A stretch of 45,728 nt of DNA, taken from assembly GCA_044451485.1 (NCBI GenBank), contig JBIOKD010000002.1, positions 1 through 45,728 of the forward strand, given 5' to 3'. A program made the translations under genes and the position numbers. The stretch comes from Candidatus Eiseniibacteriota bacterium (GTDB lineage: Bacteria > Eisenbacteria > RBG-16-71-46). Below the pieces are notes generated by a model. It had not been told where the DNA came from, did not search any database, and saw nothing but the letters and a program-made list of their open reading frames with translations. Below are positions 33,894 to 45,724 of the stretch, in pieces; the first letter of the stretch is position 1, and the number at the start of each line of letters is the position of its first letter.

Positions 33894-34799
33894 GTGCCGG
33901 CTGCCGACGACGAGAGCCGCTGCGCCGGCCACGCCGGGTCGTCTCGGGCCCGCGGGCGGGCCATGAACGCCCTCGAGCAGCTCCTGCTGGGCTGGACGTG
34001 CGCGTGGTCGTCGGTCCGGATCGCGCTGCGACCGTCGCTCTGGCCGGCCTGGATCGTGCTCGGAGGGGCACAACTCGCCTTGCTGGCCGCGCTGGCCTGC
34101 TGCGTCCACCCGCTCGTCTCGGCGCTCGCCGCGCCGCTGGTCGCGTCGCTGGCCGGCCCCGCGGCCCTGCACTACCCGACACTCTTCCACGAGCTGCCAC
34201 GTCTGTTCGCCCGGGTGGACGCGCCGATCGTCGCGTGGCTGGGAGCATGGGCCGCCGGGGTCACCAGTCTGCAGGTGGTGGCGATGGCCGATCGCGCGTC
34301 GTCGGATGCGCGCGAGGCGCTGCGGAGCGCGTGGAGGCGTCTGCCGGCGCTCCTGGTCGCCCAGCTGCCGCTCTTCGCGATGGAGTGGCTGCTCGGGGAC
34401 GGCATCACGCTGTGGCTGCACCATCGCGGGAGTGGTGGTCTCGTGGTGAAGGCGGTCACCCTGCTCGCCGGCGTGACGCTGGGTCTTGGCGGCGTTTTTC
34501 TGTGCTGGCTGCCGGTGCTCGTGATCGTCGGCCGGTACCGGGTGCTGGAGGCCTGGCACGAGCTGCCACGTCTCGGCGGTCGTGGATTCGGCGCGGCGCT
34601 GGTGGTGCTGGCGATGGCGTGGATCCCACAGGCCCCGTTCGCGCTCGCGCTGCGCGGGCCGGGCCGCTGGATCGACATGGGTCATCCCGAGTGGGTGGCA
34701 CTCCTGATGGTGGGGCAGCTCGTCGTGGCCCTGGTCATGGGTCTGCTGGCGACCATCGCGATCGCGCTGGCCTGGACCGCTCTCCGGGAGGAACCATGA
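33894..34799 (+). CDS. Hypothetical polytopic membrane protein (about 7-8 TM), no recognisable family
   Basis: High GC3. GTG 33894 is preceded by GGAGGAGG at 8 nt (alternative ATG 33963). Hydrophobic segments include LWPAWIVLGGAQLALLAALACCV, IVAWLGAWAAGVTSLQVVAMA, LLAGVTLGLGGVFLCWLPVLVIV and WVALLMVGQLVVALVMGLLATIAIALAW. The stop overlaps the next ATG. Confidence 0.7.
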   Translation: MPAADDESRCAGHAGSSRARGRAMNALEQLLLGWTCAWSSVRIALRPSLWPAWIVLGGAQLALLAALACCVHPLVSALAAPLVASLAGPAALHYPTLFHELPRLFARVDAPIVAWLGAWAAGVTSLQVVAMADRASSDAREALRSAWRRLPALLVAQLPLFAMEWLLGDGITLWLHHRGSGGLVVKAVTLLAGVTLGLGGVFLCWLPVLVIVGRYRVLEAWHELPRLGGRGFGAALVVLAMAWIPQAPFALALRGPGRWIDMGHPEWVALLMVGQLVVALVMGLLATIAIALAWTALREEP

Positions 34800-36310
34800 G
34801 TCGGCTGCGCATGGTCCCGGCGTTGGCGGCGCTGGTGCTCCTGGTGTCGGGCTGCGGCAAGGGCGAGCTGTGGACCCGTTGGCGCGCGGAGCGGGCGTTG
34901 TGGAAGGCGCATCGTCTGGAGACGCGCATCCTCTCGAACCCCATGGACTCGACCCGCGTCGATCGGGTGATGCGGGCCTACCGTCGCGTGACCGTGACGT
35001 TTCCGGCCACGCGTTGGGTGCCGCGGTGGACCACGAGCGGGGACTCGCTCGCACGCGACATCGCGCAGGTGTCGGGCAAGGCGATGCTCCACATGGGTGA
35101 CCTCGAGGCGCGACGGGGTCGGCTCGACGCGGCGCGCGAGGTGTACGACGAGGCCGCCGTCGCGTACGGCCCGGTATGGCCCATCGCGTTCGAGTCCCGC
35201 ATCGCCCTGGCCGAGGCGCTCGAGGCGGCGGACGACAGCGCGGCCGCCGTGACCGACTGGGAGTCGGCCGCCCGTCTGGGACGGGTCGTGGATCCCGACA
35301 GCCTCGCGATCTCGGAGCGGACCTTCGCGGTCGCGCAACGGGTGATGTCGTTCCATCGCGATGCGGGCCGGATCACGTCGGCCGATTCGCTGCGCGACGC
35401 GATGGTGGGTGCCATCGACCAGGCGCTCCACGCGCGAGCCGACGACTCGCTGGCGGTGCAGCTCTGGATCCGTCGCGCCGAGGTGCTGGTCGGGCGTGGG
35501 CGGCCATCGGATCTGGCCGAGGCGAGCACGTCGCTCTACCGGGCGCTGGGCGATCCGCTCGGCGGCGCGTCGGCTCGGGACGCGATGCTGGCGCTGGGCG
35601 AGACGTGGCTCGCCGCCGGGGTCACCGACAGCGCGGTGTCGTGGGCACGACACGCCGAGGAGCACTCCGCGCCGTTCGAGCTCGAGGCGGCGGTGGATCT
35701 CGAGGCGCGCGCCTGGATCGCCGCGGGACGAACCGACTCGGCGGCGGCGGCGCTGGACCGTCTGGCGGACACGCGGCATTTGCCCGTGGGGGTCTCGACC
35801 CGGGCGCGCTACCGCGAGGCGGTGCTGCTCGAGAACGCCGAACGCGTGGAGCTGGCTCGATCGGCCTATCATTCGGTGATCGCGAGCGACCCCCTGAGCC
35901 AGGAGGCATTCGATTCCATGGAGCGTCTGGTCCGGGAGCACACCCGACGGGGTGAACCGGAGTTCGCGGAGGAGGAGGCGCGGCGCGGTCTCGACCTGGT
36001 CGACCGGACCCTGGCCACCGTCCGCGACCCGGAGGTGCGGGCGCGGGCACGGCTGACCCGGGGGCGGCTCCTGGCCCTGATCGGGGACGATCGCGGCGCA
36101 CAGGAGGAATTCGAGGGGCTGTGGCGGGACTGCCCGGGGCTTCCCGAGGGCGCCCAGGCGGGCTTCGAGGCCGCCGCCCTGGCGGATCACTTGAACGATC
36201 GGGCCCGGGCCGTCAGTCTGTACGAGGCGATCGCCATGCGGGCGCCGGCCCCGGCCACCCGCGACAGCGCTCGCCGCGCCGTCGAACGGCTGCGCCGCTC
36301 CGGCCCGTGA
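34796..36310 (+). CDS. TPR-like all-helical lipoprotein (PrsT-like position)
   Basis: Lipobox MSRLRMVPALAALVLLVSGC. The remainder is Ala/Arg/Leu/Glu helical repeats. ATGA overlap with the upstream gene. Only 7 nt before the kinase gene. Confidence 0.65.
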   Translation: MSRLRMVPALAALVLLVSGCGKGELWTRWRAERALWKAHRLETRILSNPMDSTRVDRVMRAYRRVTVTFPATRWVPRWTTSGDSLARDIAQVSGKAMLHMGDLEARRGRLDAAREVYDEAAVAYGPVWPIAFESRIALAEALEAADDSAAAVTDWESAARLGRVVDPDSLAISERTFAVAQRVMSFHRDAGRITSADSLRDAMVGAIDQALHARADDSLAVQLWIRRAEVLVGRGRPSDLAEASTSLYRALGDPLGGASARDAMLALGETWLAAGVTDSAVSWARHAEEHSAPFELEAAVDLEARAWIAAGRTDSAAAALDRLADTRHLPVGVSTRARYREAVLLENAERVELARSAYHSVIASDPLSQEAFDSMERLVREHTRRGEPEFAEEEARRGLDLVDRTLATVRDPEVRARARLTRGRLLALIGDDRGAQEEFEGLWRDCPGLPEGAQAGFEAAALADHLNDRARAVSLYEAIAMRAPAPATRDSARRAVERLRRSGP

Positions 36311-36317
36311 GAGATCC

Positions 36318-38488
36318 ATGGACTTGACCGCACCTCCCTTCCAGCAGGCGGTGGTCACCGCGAGCGCGCTGCTCGCCGCGATGATCGGCATCCTGGGCAC
36401 GCTGAGACGTGGCCATTGGGTGACCACGCTGCTGTTCTCCTCCGCGTTCGTTGCGGTGGCGGCACTCCAGGCCGGCATCCTCGGTCTGCTGCACGCCGAC
36501 TCCGCCACGGCCGCGCGGGTGTGGGCCACGTACCTGCTCGGCGTGTCGGCGCTCACCGCATGGCTGTGGCTGGCGCTGAGCGTGGTGTTCGCGCGCTCCG
36601 ATCCGATGCGACACATCCAGCAGGCGGCGGCCTATCTGGCGCTGGCGCTGGCCGGTTGTCTGACGTTGTTCTCGGTGGCCGGCACCCGCTACGTGGTGAG
36701 CGACGTGCATGGTCTCGGTGGCATGACCGTGCTGGTGCTCGGCGGTCTCGGCCGTGTGTATCTCATGTACCTGGTGCTGGTGGTGGTCGGGGTCATCATG
36801 AATCTCGAGAGCACCCTGCGCACCGCCCCGGCCAGCGCACAGCGGCGTCTTCGCCCGCTGATGCTGGCGTTCGTGATCGGCGCCATGGCTGGTCTCATGT
36901 TCGTGTCGGCGGGTCTGCTCTACGGCAGCGTCCCGGTGGCATGGATGACCGCCTGCTCGGTGCCCCTGTTCATCGCCGGGGTGGCCGCGGCGTTGTCGCT
37001 GGCGCGGCGCCGGCTGTCCGACATGAGCATCCCGGCCGCCCGCCCGGTGGTCTACTACTCGTCGGTCTCGCTCACCATCGCCGGTCTGTTCCTGCTCACG
37101 ATGGCGGTGCTCTCCAAGGTGCTGCCGGTGATGACCCCGGAATGGAAGCGCGCGGTCGGGGTGGCGTTCTATCTGGTGGCCGGTGGCGGCGGACTCCTGC
37201 TCACCATCAGCCCGGGCGCCAGCCGCGCGATCAAGCGCTTCATCGACAAGAATTTCTACGCCAATCGCTACGACTACCGCCGCGAGTGGGAGCGGGTGAG
37301 CCGTGCCATCGCCCCGACCGCGCGACCGGAGGAGCTGTGCCGCCAGATCGAGACCCTGGTGCGCACGGTGTTCGATGCCGAGCGCGTGGTGATCCACCTC
37401 CGCGACGACCGCACCGGCGAGTTCGTCTGCGTGTTCCGTTCCGGAGGAGCGGTGACGCCGCCACTCGACCGGTCGCTGGCGCCCGACAATCCGCTGGTGA
37501 CCAGTCTGACCCGGCTCCGCCATCCGCTGGCGTTCCGGGACCTGGCGCAGGACCTCGACCTGATCCCGGCGGCGGCCGAGAATCGCGAGATCCTCGAGGC
37601 GGTGGGCGCCGCGGTGTGCGCGCCCCTCACGGTGGGGGACGACCTGATCGGGCTCCTGTGGCTCTCGGGCAAGCGCGCCGACGAGGACTACACCGGCGAG
37701 GACCTCGAATTCCTCGGCGCCATGACACGTCAGCTCGCGGCGGCGTTGTGGTTCGCGCGTCTCGCCGACCAGCTCGCCGAGACCCGCCAGCTCGAGTCCC
37801 TGCACCGTCTGTCCAGCTACGTGCTCCATGACATCAAGAACCAGGTCTCGGGACTTTCGCTGATGATCGAGAACTCCCGCCGGCACATGAGTGACCCGGA
37901 GTTCCAGCGGGACGCGCTCAAGGTGGTCGAGCGCACGGTGCGCAATCTCCAACAGCTCATGGATCACGTCGCCGGCGTGTCGCGCGCCCCGGTGGTGGCG
38001 CCCGACCGGGTGTCGGTCGACCCGCTGCTGGCGCGGGCCGCCGAAGCCGCGGGTCTGGTGCCCGGCGACAACGGCGGGGTGCTGCTCCGGGTCGAGCGAC
38101 GCGGTCCCGACGAGGCGCTTCTCGACGGCGAGCAGATGGTGCGGGTGGTGACCAACCTCCTGGTCAACGCCCGCGAGGCGATCGAGCGTCACGGCGACAT
38201 CACCCTGGCCACCGCCTGTGAGGACGGTGACGACGATTGCCGCTGGTGGGTGCTGCGGGTGCGCGACACCGGACGCGGGATGCACGAGGACTTCGTCCGC
38301 CGGCAGCTGTTCCGTCCCTTCGCCACCACCAAGCCGGCGGGTCTGGGGGTGGGTCTGGCGCAGAGCCGCGCGATCGTCGAGGCACACGGCGGCAGCATCC
38401 GGGTGGACAGCCGGCCCGGCTCGGGGACCGTCTTCGAGGTGCGCATTCCACAGCGCGAGACCCGGCCGCCGGCCGCCGAGGTGCGGGC

Positions 38489-38492
<4 letters not shown>
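36318..38492 (+). CDS. prsK: PrsK-type (XrtA/PEP-CTERM system) sensor histidine kinase: polytopic N-domain + GAF + HisKA/HATPase
   Basis: About 8-10 TM segments, then FIDKNFYANRYDYRREW (linker signature I associate with PrsK). GAF (VVIHLRDDRTGEF...CAPLTVGDDLIGLLWLSGKR). H-box SSYVLHDIKNQVSGL. N, G1 and G2 boxes NLLVNAREA, DTGRGM, GLGVGLA. Confidence 0.8.
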
Positions 38493-39901
<1,409 letters not shown>

Positions 39902-39974
39902 TCCGGCGATGGCGTGGGAGAGCCGGTTCGGGCCCGCGTCTGCTCACCCGCCACGGGCGGCGTGGAGAACCGGC

Positions 39975-40622
39975 GTGAGCCAGGGCTACTTCCTCGCCAT
40001 CGCCGGCAACATCGGGGTCGGCAAGACCGAGCTCACCAACCGGCTGAGCGGCGAGTTGGGCTGGCTCGCCTACTACGAGCCGGTGATCCACAACCCATAC
40101 CTCGACATGTTCTACGCCGACATGTCGCGCTGGAGCTTTCACCTCCAGATCTATTTCCTGTCCGAGCGTTTCAAGGCCCAGGTCGAGATCGGCAGGAGCC
40201 CGCTGCCGTTCATCCAGGACCGCACCATCTACGAGGACGCCGAGATCTTCGCCCGCACCCTGCACGAGCAGGGCTCGATGACCGAGGTGGACTACCAGAA
40301 TTACACCGCGCTGTTCGGTGTGCTCACTTCGTATCTGCGGCCGCCGGACCTGATCCTCTATCTCAAGGCGAGCCCCGAGACGCTCATGGATCGCATCGCA
40401 CGACGGGGGCGTGCGAGCGAGCAGGGGATCGGGATCGACTACATCGCTCGGCTGAACCGGGCGTATGACGACTGGATGCGACGCGCCCGCACCGAGCGCG
40501 AGGTGCTGGAGATCGACACCGACCGGGTGCCGCTCCAGGGCGAGACCGAGGCGTTCCGGCGGCTGGTCGAGGACCTGAAGCGCCGCTACCCGCGTCAGGC
40601 CGAGCTGGACCTGCCGGGATAG
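39975..40622 (+). CDS. Deoxynucleoside kinase (dAK/dGK family)
   Basis: FLAIAGNIGVGKTELTNRL, YEPV..NPYLDMFY, FHLQIYFLSERF, FIQDRTIYEDAEIFA, ARRGRASE. GTG 39975 is preferred (GGAG 7 nt upstream). An alternative ATG lies at 39909. Confidence 0.85.
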   Translation: MSQGYFLAIAGNIGVGKTELTNRLSGELGWLAYYEPVIHNPYLDMFYADMSRWSFHLQIYFLSERFKAQVEIGRSPLPFIQDRTIYEDAEIFARTLHEQGSMTEVDYQNYTALFGVLTSYLRPPDLILYLKASPETLMDRIARRGRASEQGIGIDYIARLNRAYDDWMRRARTEREVLEIDTDRVPLQGETEAFRRLVEDLKRRYPRQAELDLPG

Positions 40623-40647
40623 GGCGCACCCGGGAGACCTGGCGTCG

Positions 40648-43551
40648 CTACCGCCCGTTGAGCGCGAGCTGCACGCGCACCGTCGGGCCGGGCACGTGAC
40701 CGGGGGAGGCCTCGTTGACCACGAAGAGCTGAGCGGCGTCCACGCCCAGGGCCACGAGATGGTCCTTGATGACCAGCGCCCGCGCCTGGCCGAGTTGCGA
40801 GAGATCGGTGGGGTCGAGCCGGACCGACTCGCGGAGTCGCTCCACCATCCCCTGTGTGCGCGCCGTCTCGGCGGCCACCAGCACCGTGTCCACGACGCCC
40901 TTCCTGGGCTTCGGTCGCCCCGCGCGTGAGACCGGCGGCGGCGCGGAGCCGAAGTCCGCCACGTACAGATGCTCGATCGCGCGGGCGCTGTCCTCCGCGG
41001 TGGGCGTGACGCCACCCGCGCCCCGGTGGGCGCCGCCTCGAGGTGCGGCGGCGATCGCGTCGCCCAGACGCTCGTCGAACTTCCCGTCGGTCAACGCTGC
41101 GACGTCGGCCACCGAATCGTACGCGGTCGGGATGTCGAGACGCAGCTCCGGGCGATCGCCGAGGGCGTGTCCGAGCTTGTCGAGCCGGCCGGTCTGGCTC
41201 GAGTCCAGGGCGCTGCCGCCGGCCGCGAACTCGACGACGTCGAGCTGCTCCTTCTCGCCGCCCCCGACCAGCGCCCCGAGCGCCTTGAACGGCGAGGTCA
41301 CCGCCTTCTCCACCAGGTTGACCAGCACCTTGATGATGATCCGCCCGATGCTGAACTTGGGATCGTCGAGATCGCCCTTGACCGGAAGATCGAGGTCGAT
41401 GTTGCCGTGACGGTCCTTGAGCAGGGCGATCGCGAAACGCACCGGCAGGTGGGTGGCCTCCGGGCTGTCCACCCGCTCCCCGAGTGTGAACTGCTCCATC
41501 AGGATCTTGTTCTGTCCCACCAGCTGGCGTCCGTCGACCACGTAGTGCAGGTCGAGTGACAGCTTGCCACGCTCGATGCGGTAGCCCATGAACCGGCCGG
41601 AGTACGGCGTGAAGGTGGTCAGCTCGATGTGCTGGAAGGACACCGCGACGTCGGTGTGGCCGCCCTTGGACAGCGGATTGAACGCCCCCCGCACGCTCAC
41701 CGGCGCGTAGCGGTCGACCTGACCGTCGAGCTTGATGTCGCCACCGCTCTCCTGGAAGCTCGACAGCCCGGTGATCTGACCCTCCAGCTTCTCGATCCCG
41801 GTCGAGAAGTTCGGTTGCATGGACAGGTCCGCGAAGGTGGCCGTGGCGTCGTGGATCTCGACCCGGTCGATGCGCGCACGCAGCGTGTCCGACGAGTCGG
41901 TCACCATCGTGCTGTACCCGGCGACCGAGTCGGGTGGGAGCGCCACGGTGGCCAGGTTCGGGATCCGGTCGGGACCCACCGTCACGCGCGCGTAGCCGCC
42001 GTCGACCACCACCCGTTTGGTCTCGAAGAGCGATGGTGTCATGTCGAACCGCAGCGCGTCGAGACGCAGCGTTCGCCAGCGCAACAGGTCCTGGTGGAGC
42101 TTCTTGTCCACGCTCCGGAAGTCGCGGACCTCGGCGCTGCCCTCGTAGCGCGCCATCGGCCCCGTGGAGCCGAAGGTGTTGAAGCGGAACCGTCCCTTGC
42201 CGCCCGCCACACCGCTCAGGATCGACAACCGGTTCACGTGATTCATGTAGGGTTGGACGGATCGAAGTGGGAAGCCGCTCAAGGCGATCTTCAGGTCCGA
42301 CGCCGGCGGGTTGAGGGCCAAGTGGCCCTCGGCCTCTGCGTGGCCGTTCTCGAAGAGCCGGGCCGTGACACGCAACGTGGCGTGACCGATGCCCTCGGTG
42401 CTGAGATCCGTCACACCACCCGCCACGTCGTGGATCTCGAACACCGCCGGTGGACCGACCTGGCGGTCCTCGTAACGCACCTCCATCCCGCTCACCCCGA
42501 TCCCGTGGACACGCACGATCGCGGGTGGCTGGGTGGTGTCCGGTGGGCTTGCCCACGCCTCGAGGTTGAGATGGTGGTCGGGGTTCATCCACAACGCCGC
42601 CGAGCCGCCGTCCACGATGATCGTGTCAAGCGACGCGGTGAGGTGGTTCACGTCCACGGTGCCGCCACGCAGCGCGGCGCGACGGAGCTCCACGACCGTG
42701 GTGTCGCCACCACGGGTGGCCAGCGCCCAGTCACGCACCTCGGCGTGTAGACCGTCGAGACTCATCGCGGTGGGGGCGACCCGCGCGTCCACACGGTAGT
42801 GGAGACCGAGATCGACGGTGCCATGCGGCATCGAGAACGGCAGCGCCGGACCCAGCACCCGGGTGAGTGTCTGCGCGTGCAGGTTCGCGATCTCCAGCGT
42901 GCCGTCGGAGTGGAACGGCGCGAGCACGAAGCGGGCCTCCCAGTGGAGGCTCTCACCCGCGGCGGTGGCGGCGTGCAGCGACAGCGTGTTGTCGGCGCCA
43001 CGGCGGGTGCGGAAGTCCTCGAGACGGAGATCCACCGAGCCGGCGATCAGCTCCATCACCGGGGTGCGCCCCCGGTCCGCGAAGCTCGCGCTGCCGGCGG
43101 TGATCTGCAGCCGGCGCACGTGGAACGGCGGCGGCTGTGTCGTGGTGTCGGGCGCGGTGCTGTCGGGGCGGATCAGCTCGGCGATGTCGAGCGCCCCGCC
43201 CGGTCGCACCTCGACCGCCACCCGCGGCCGGTCCAGACGCAGACGCGCCAGGGTGAGTCCGCGATCGATCAACGAGCCGAACGGATCGAGCCGGATGTAG
43301 AGCTCGTCGAAACCCAGCACCTGTTTGCCGTCGGCGCGATCGAGCGAGAACCCCTCCAGACGCAACGACAGGTTGAGTGGATTGACCTCGACCCGTCTGA
43401 GGCTCGGGGAGCGGGTGAGCTTCTGGGACGCGCCACGGATCACCGCGTCGCGCACCAGCCCGGGGGCGACGAGGAAGCCCACCAGGAGGTACACGGCAAC
43501 GAGGGCGCCGAGGACGGCGATGAGCCAGACGGGGAGACGGAGGAGCTTCAC
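40648..43551 (-). CDS. DUF748-domain protein (AsmA-like, N-terminally anchored large periplasmic protein)
   Basis: MKLLRLPVWLIAVLGALVAVYLLVGFLVAPGLVRD...SLRRVEVNPLNLSLRLEGFSLDRADGKQVLGFDELYIRLDPFGSLIDRGLTLARLRLDRPRVAVEV, the repeated DUF748 pattern. 967 aa. Confidence 0.7.
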   Translation of the reverse strand: MKLLRLPVWLIAVLGALVAVYLLVGFLVAPGLVRDAVIRGASQKLTRSPSLRRVEVNPLNLSLRLEGFSLDRADGKQVLGFDELYIRLDPFGSLIDRGLTLARLRLDRPRVAVEVRPGGALDIAELIRPDSTAPDTTTQPPPFHVRRLQITAGSASFADRGRTPVMELIAGSVDLRLEDFRTRRGADNTLSLHAATAAGESLHWEARFVLAPFHSDGTLEIANLHAQTLTRVLGPALPFSMPHGTVDLGLHYRVDARVAPTAMSLDGLHAEVRDWALATRGGDTTVVELRRAALRGGTVDVNHLTASLDTIIVDGGSAALWMNPDHHLNLEAWASPPDTTQPPAIVRVHGIGVSGMEVRYEDRQVGPPAVFEIHDVAGGVTDLSTEGIGHATLRVTARLFENGHAEAEGHLALNPPASDLKIALSGFPLRSVQPYMNHVNRLSILSGVAGGKGRFRFNTFGSTGPMARYEGSAEVRDFRSVDKKLHQDLLRWRTLRLDALRFDMTPSLFETKRVVVDGGYARVTVGPDRIPNLATVALPPDSVAGYSTMVTDSSDTLRARIDRVEIHDATATFADLSMQPNFSTGIEKLEGQITGLSSFQESGGDIKLDGQVDRYAPVSVRGAFNPLSKGGHTDVAVSFQHIELTTFTPYSGRFMGYRIERGKLSLDLHYVVDGRQLVGQNKILMEQFTLGERVDSPEATHLPVRFAIALLKDRHGNIDLDLPVKGDLDDPKFSIGRIIIKVLVNLVEKAVTSPFKALGALVGGGEKEQLDVVEFAAGGSALDSSQTGRLDKLGHALGDRPELRLDIPTAYDSVADVAALTDGKFDERLGDAIAAAPRGGAHRGAGGVTPTAEDSARAIEHLYVADFGSAPPPVSRAGRPKPRKGVVDTVLVAAETARTQGMVERLRESVRLDPTDLSQLGQARALVIKDHLVALGVDAAQLFVVNEASPGHVPGPTVRVQLALNGR

Positions 43552-43655
43552 GATGACGGACCCTGGAGAAGACCTTCCGGCAGCTTACCCGAACGCGTCC
43601 CCGGCCGCAGTGGTCGATTGCCCATCGCGGACACCGCGTGCAATATGGGTCGGCC

Positions 43656-44615
43656 ATGAAGAGCATGGAGCATCCTTCCGACGTCGACGCCGGTCGGGCC
43701 CCCGCGGCGGGACGGCGCGCATCCCACGCGCGCGACGCGAGCCGGGTGCCACACGTCCTGTCGGTCGACGTCGAGGAGTATTTCCAGAGCGAGACCTTCG
43801 CACGGGCCGTGCCACGCGATGCCTGGGACGGCATCCCGTCCCGTGTCGAGCCCGCCGTGGATCTGCTGCTGGAGCGATTCGCGGACGCCCGTGTGCACGC
43901 GACGTTCTTCGTGCTCGGCTGGATCGCCGAGCGCCATCCCGGGATGGTGAGCCGGATCGCGGCCGAGGGGCACGAGATCGCGAGCCACGGCTGGAGCCAC
44001 GCCCCGATCCTGCGACTGACCCCCGGCGAGTTCGAGGACGAGGTGGTGCGCTCGAAGCGTCTGCTCGAGTCCATCAGCGGTGATCCGGTGCTGGGATATC
44101 GCGCCCCCACGTTCTCGGTCACGCGAACCACGCTGTGGGCCCTGCCGATCCTGGCGCGTGTCGGCTACGGCTACGATTCCTCGGTGTTCCCCGTCCACCA
44201 CGATCGCTACGGCATCCCGGACGCGCCGCTCGACGCGCACCGGCGCGAGGGTGGGATCTGGGAGCTTCCACTCTCGGTCATCACGCTCGGCTCCTACCGC
44301 CTGCCATTCGCCGGCGGTGGCTATCTTCGGATGTATCCATACGCGCTCACCCGTCTGGGTCTCCGAGAGTTGTCGCGGGCCGGTCGGCCGGGCGTCGTGT
44401 ACGTGCATCCCTGGGAGTTCGATCCCCGCCAGCCGGTGATCCGCGGCGTGGGCATGGTGAGCACCACCCGTCACCGGATCGGCACGACCTCCAACGAGTC
44501 CAAGCTGGTGCGACTGCTGAACGAGTTCGAGTTCGCGACCGCCCGCGAGGTGCTGGCACGGCTCGGCTGCGATCCGGCGACCCGGGCGGACGCCGGGACA
44601 CGGGGGGTCTCGTGA
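43656..44615 (+). CDS. Polysaccharide deacetylase of the XrtA/PEP-CTERM-locus subfamily (NodB domain + DUF3473-like C-terminus)
   Basis: HVLSVDVEEYFQ, ATFFVLGWIAERHPGMV, GHEIASHGWSH, GYRAPTFS, GYGYDSSVFP, PFAGGGYLRMYPY, VYVHPWEFDP. Alternative GTG start at 43638. Confidence 0.8.
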   Translation: MKSMEHPSDVDAGRAPAAGRRASHARDASRVPHVLSVDVEEYFQSETFARAVPRDAWDGIPSRVEPAVDLLLERFADARVHATFFVLGWIAERHPGMVSRIAAEGHEIASHGWSHAPILRLTPGEFEDEVVRSKRLLESISGDPVLGYRAPTFSVTRTTLWALPILARVGYGYDSSVFPVHHDRYGIPDAPLDAHRREGGIWELPLSVITLGSYRLPFAGGGYLRMYPYALTRLGLRELSRAGRPGVVYVHPWEFDPRQPVIRGVGMVSTTRHRIGTTSNESKLVRLLNEFEFATAREVLARLGCDPATRADAGTRGVS

Positions 44616-45724
44616 GTCCGGACGAGGGCCGGGTCTCCACGGCACCGGCCCTGGTGATACGCGAAGCCGGCGACGCCGATCTCCCGGCGACGCTGAAGTG
44701 CATGGACGAGGTCTTCCACGAGTCGGGTGGCGAGCGCGTCCAGGAGTTCGATCGCGACTACTGGATGTGGCAGTACCGTGGCGGGAGCCAGCCCGCGGTG
44801 GTCCTGATCGCGGAGGACCCGGGCGGCGTGTGTGGGTACTACCACGCCGTGCTCCACGACCTGAACGTCGACGGGCGACCGGTCCGCGCCGCGATGGTGC
44901 AGGACGTGGGCACCCGGGCGAGCCACCGCGGGCGGGGCGTGTTCCGCGCCATGGGTGGCCGGGCACTCGAGTCGCTACGCGAGCGTGGTGTGGACTTCAT
45001 CTACACGTTTCCGAACCGCAAGAGTCTTCCGAGCTTCGTGAGGAACCACGGGTACACCATCGTCGAGCGGGTGCCGGTGATGTTGCTGCCGCTCGACCTC
45101 GGCCGCGGTCTGGCCGAGCGCGGCCATCTCGGCGCTCTCGGGCGGGTCGCCGGTGGGGCCATGGCCGGTATCTGGCGTGGGGTGCGTGGCGGGTCCACCC
45201 GACCGCGGCCGGGCGAATCCATCGAAGCCCCGGCCACGGTGTCACCCGGGCTGGCGACGTGCGTGCTCGCAGGTGGCGGGCCGGGCATCATCGCGCTGGC
45301 ACGATCGCCGGGGTACCTGACCTGGCGGTTCGTGGAGAGCCCGCATCGACGATACCGGCTGCACACCCTGGTTCGCGATGGGATCGCCCAGGCGTACCTG
45401 TTCTCACGCGATGCCGAGATCCTCGGCACTCCGGTCACCCTGATCATGGATCTCGGTCACCGCCCGGGGGAAGAGGACGCGCTCGGGCGTCTGGTGCGCA
45501 TCCGCGCGGTGGAGGAGCGCGGCGCCGGCCGGGTGGCGAGCGTGAGCATGTGTCTCGGTCCCGAGCGACGGATCCTGGCGCACGCCGGCTACCTGCGGAT
45601 CCCCGAGCGGCTCAATCCGCGCCCCTTCAACCTCCTGGTCAAGGACCTGTCGAACACGCGACGCGACCACCTGCTCGACGCCACACGCTGGCGGATCACA
45701 CTCGCGGATTGGGACGTGTACTAG
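44612..45724 (+). CDS. GNAT-family N-acetyltransferase with C-terminal extension
   Basis: AAMVQDVGTRASHRGRGVFRAMGGRALESLRERGVDFIYTFPN (acetyl-CoA binding Q/RxxGxG/A motif). GTGA overlap with the deacetylase stop. Stop TAG at 45722. Confidence 0.7.
   Translation: MSPDEGRVSTAPALVIREAGDADLPATLKCMDEVFHESGGERVQEFDRDYWMWQYRGGSQPAVVLIAEDPGGVCGYYHAVLHDLNVDGRPVRAAMVQDVGTRASHRGRGVFRAMGGRALESLRERGVDFIYTFPNRKSLPSFVRNHGYTIVERVPVMLLPLDLGRGLAERGHLGALGRVAGGAMAGIWRGVRGGSTRPRPGESIEAPATVSPGLATCVLAGGGPGIIALARSPGYLTWRFVESPHRRYRLHTLVRDGIAQAYLFSRDAEILGTPVTLIMDLGHRPGEEDALGRLVRIRAVEERGAGRVASVSMCLGPERRILAHAGYLRIPERLNPRPFNLLVKDLSNTRRDHLLDATRWRITLADWDVY

Noticed and set aside
34554-34568. TGGCAC strings resembling sigma54 -24 elements (also at 29351, 31939, 44558 and 45296)
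   Set aside because: All are inside coding regions, and the GG-to-GC spacing or the -12 element does not fit TGGCAC-N5-TTGC.
33894-34799. Idea that the unknown membrane protein is the missing exosortase
   Set aside because: None of the exosortase signatures I know (conserved Cys in an ACSG-like context, NxxR, conserved His) can be found. Its Cys residues sit in unrelated contexts (WTCAW, LACCVH, FLCWLP).
36213-38387. 724-aa minus-strand ORF mirroring the kinase gene (the antisense ORFs at 17123..19108, 21246..23210 and 33000..35054 are similar)
   Set aside because: These are antisense shadows of well-supported sense genes. They have no domains and their third-position bias is in the wrong phase.
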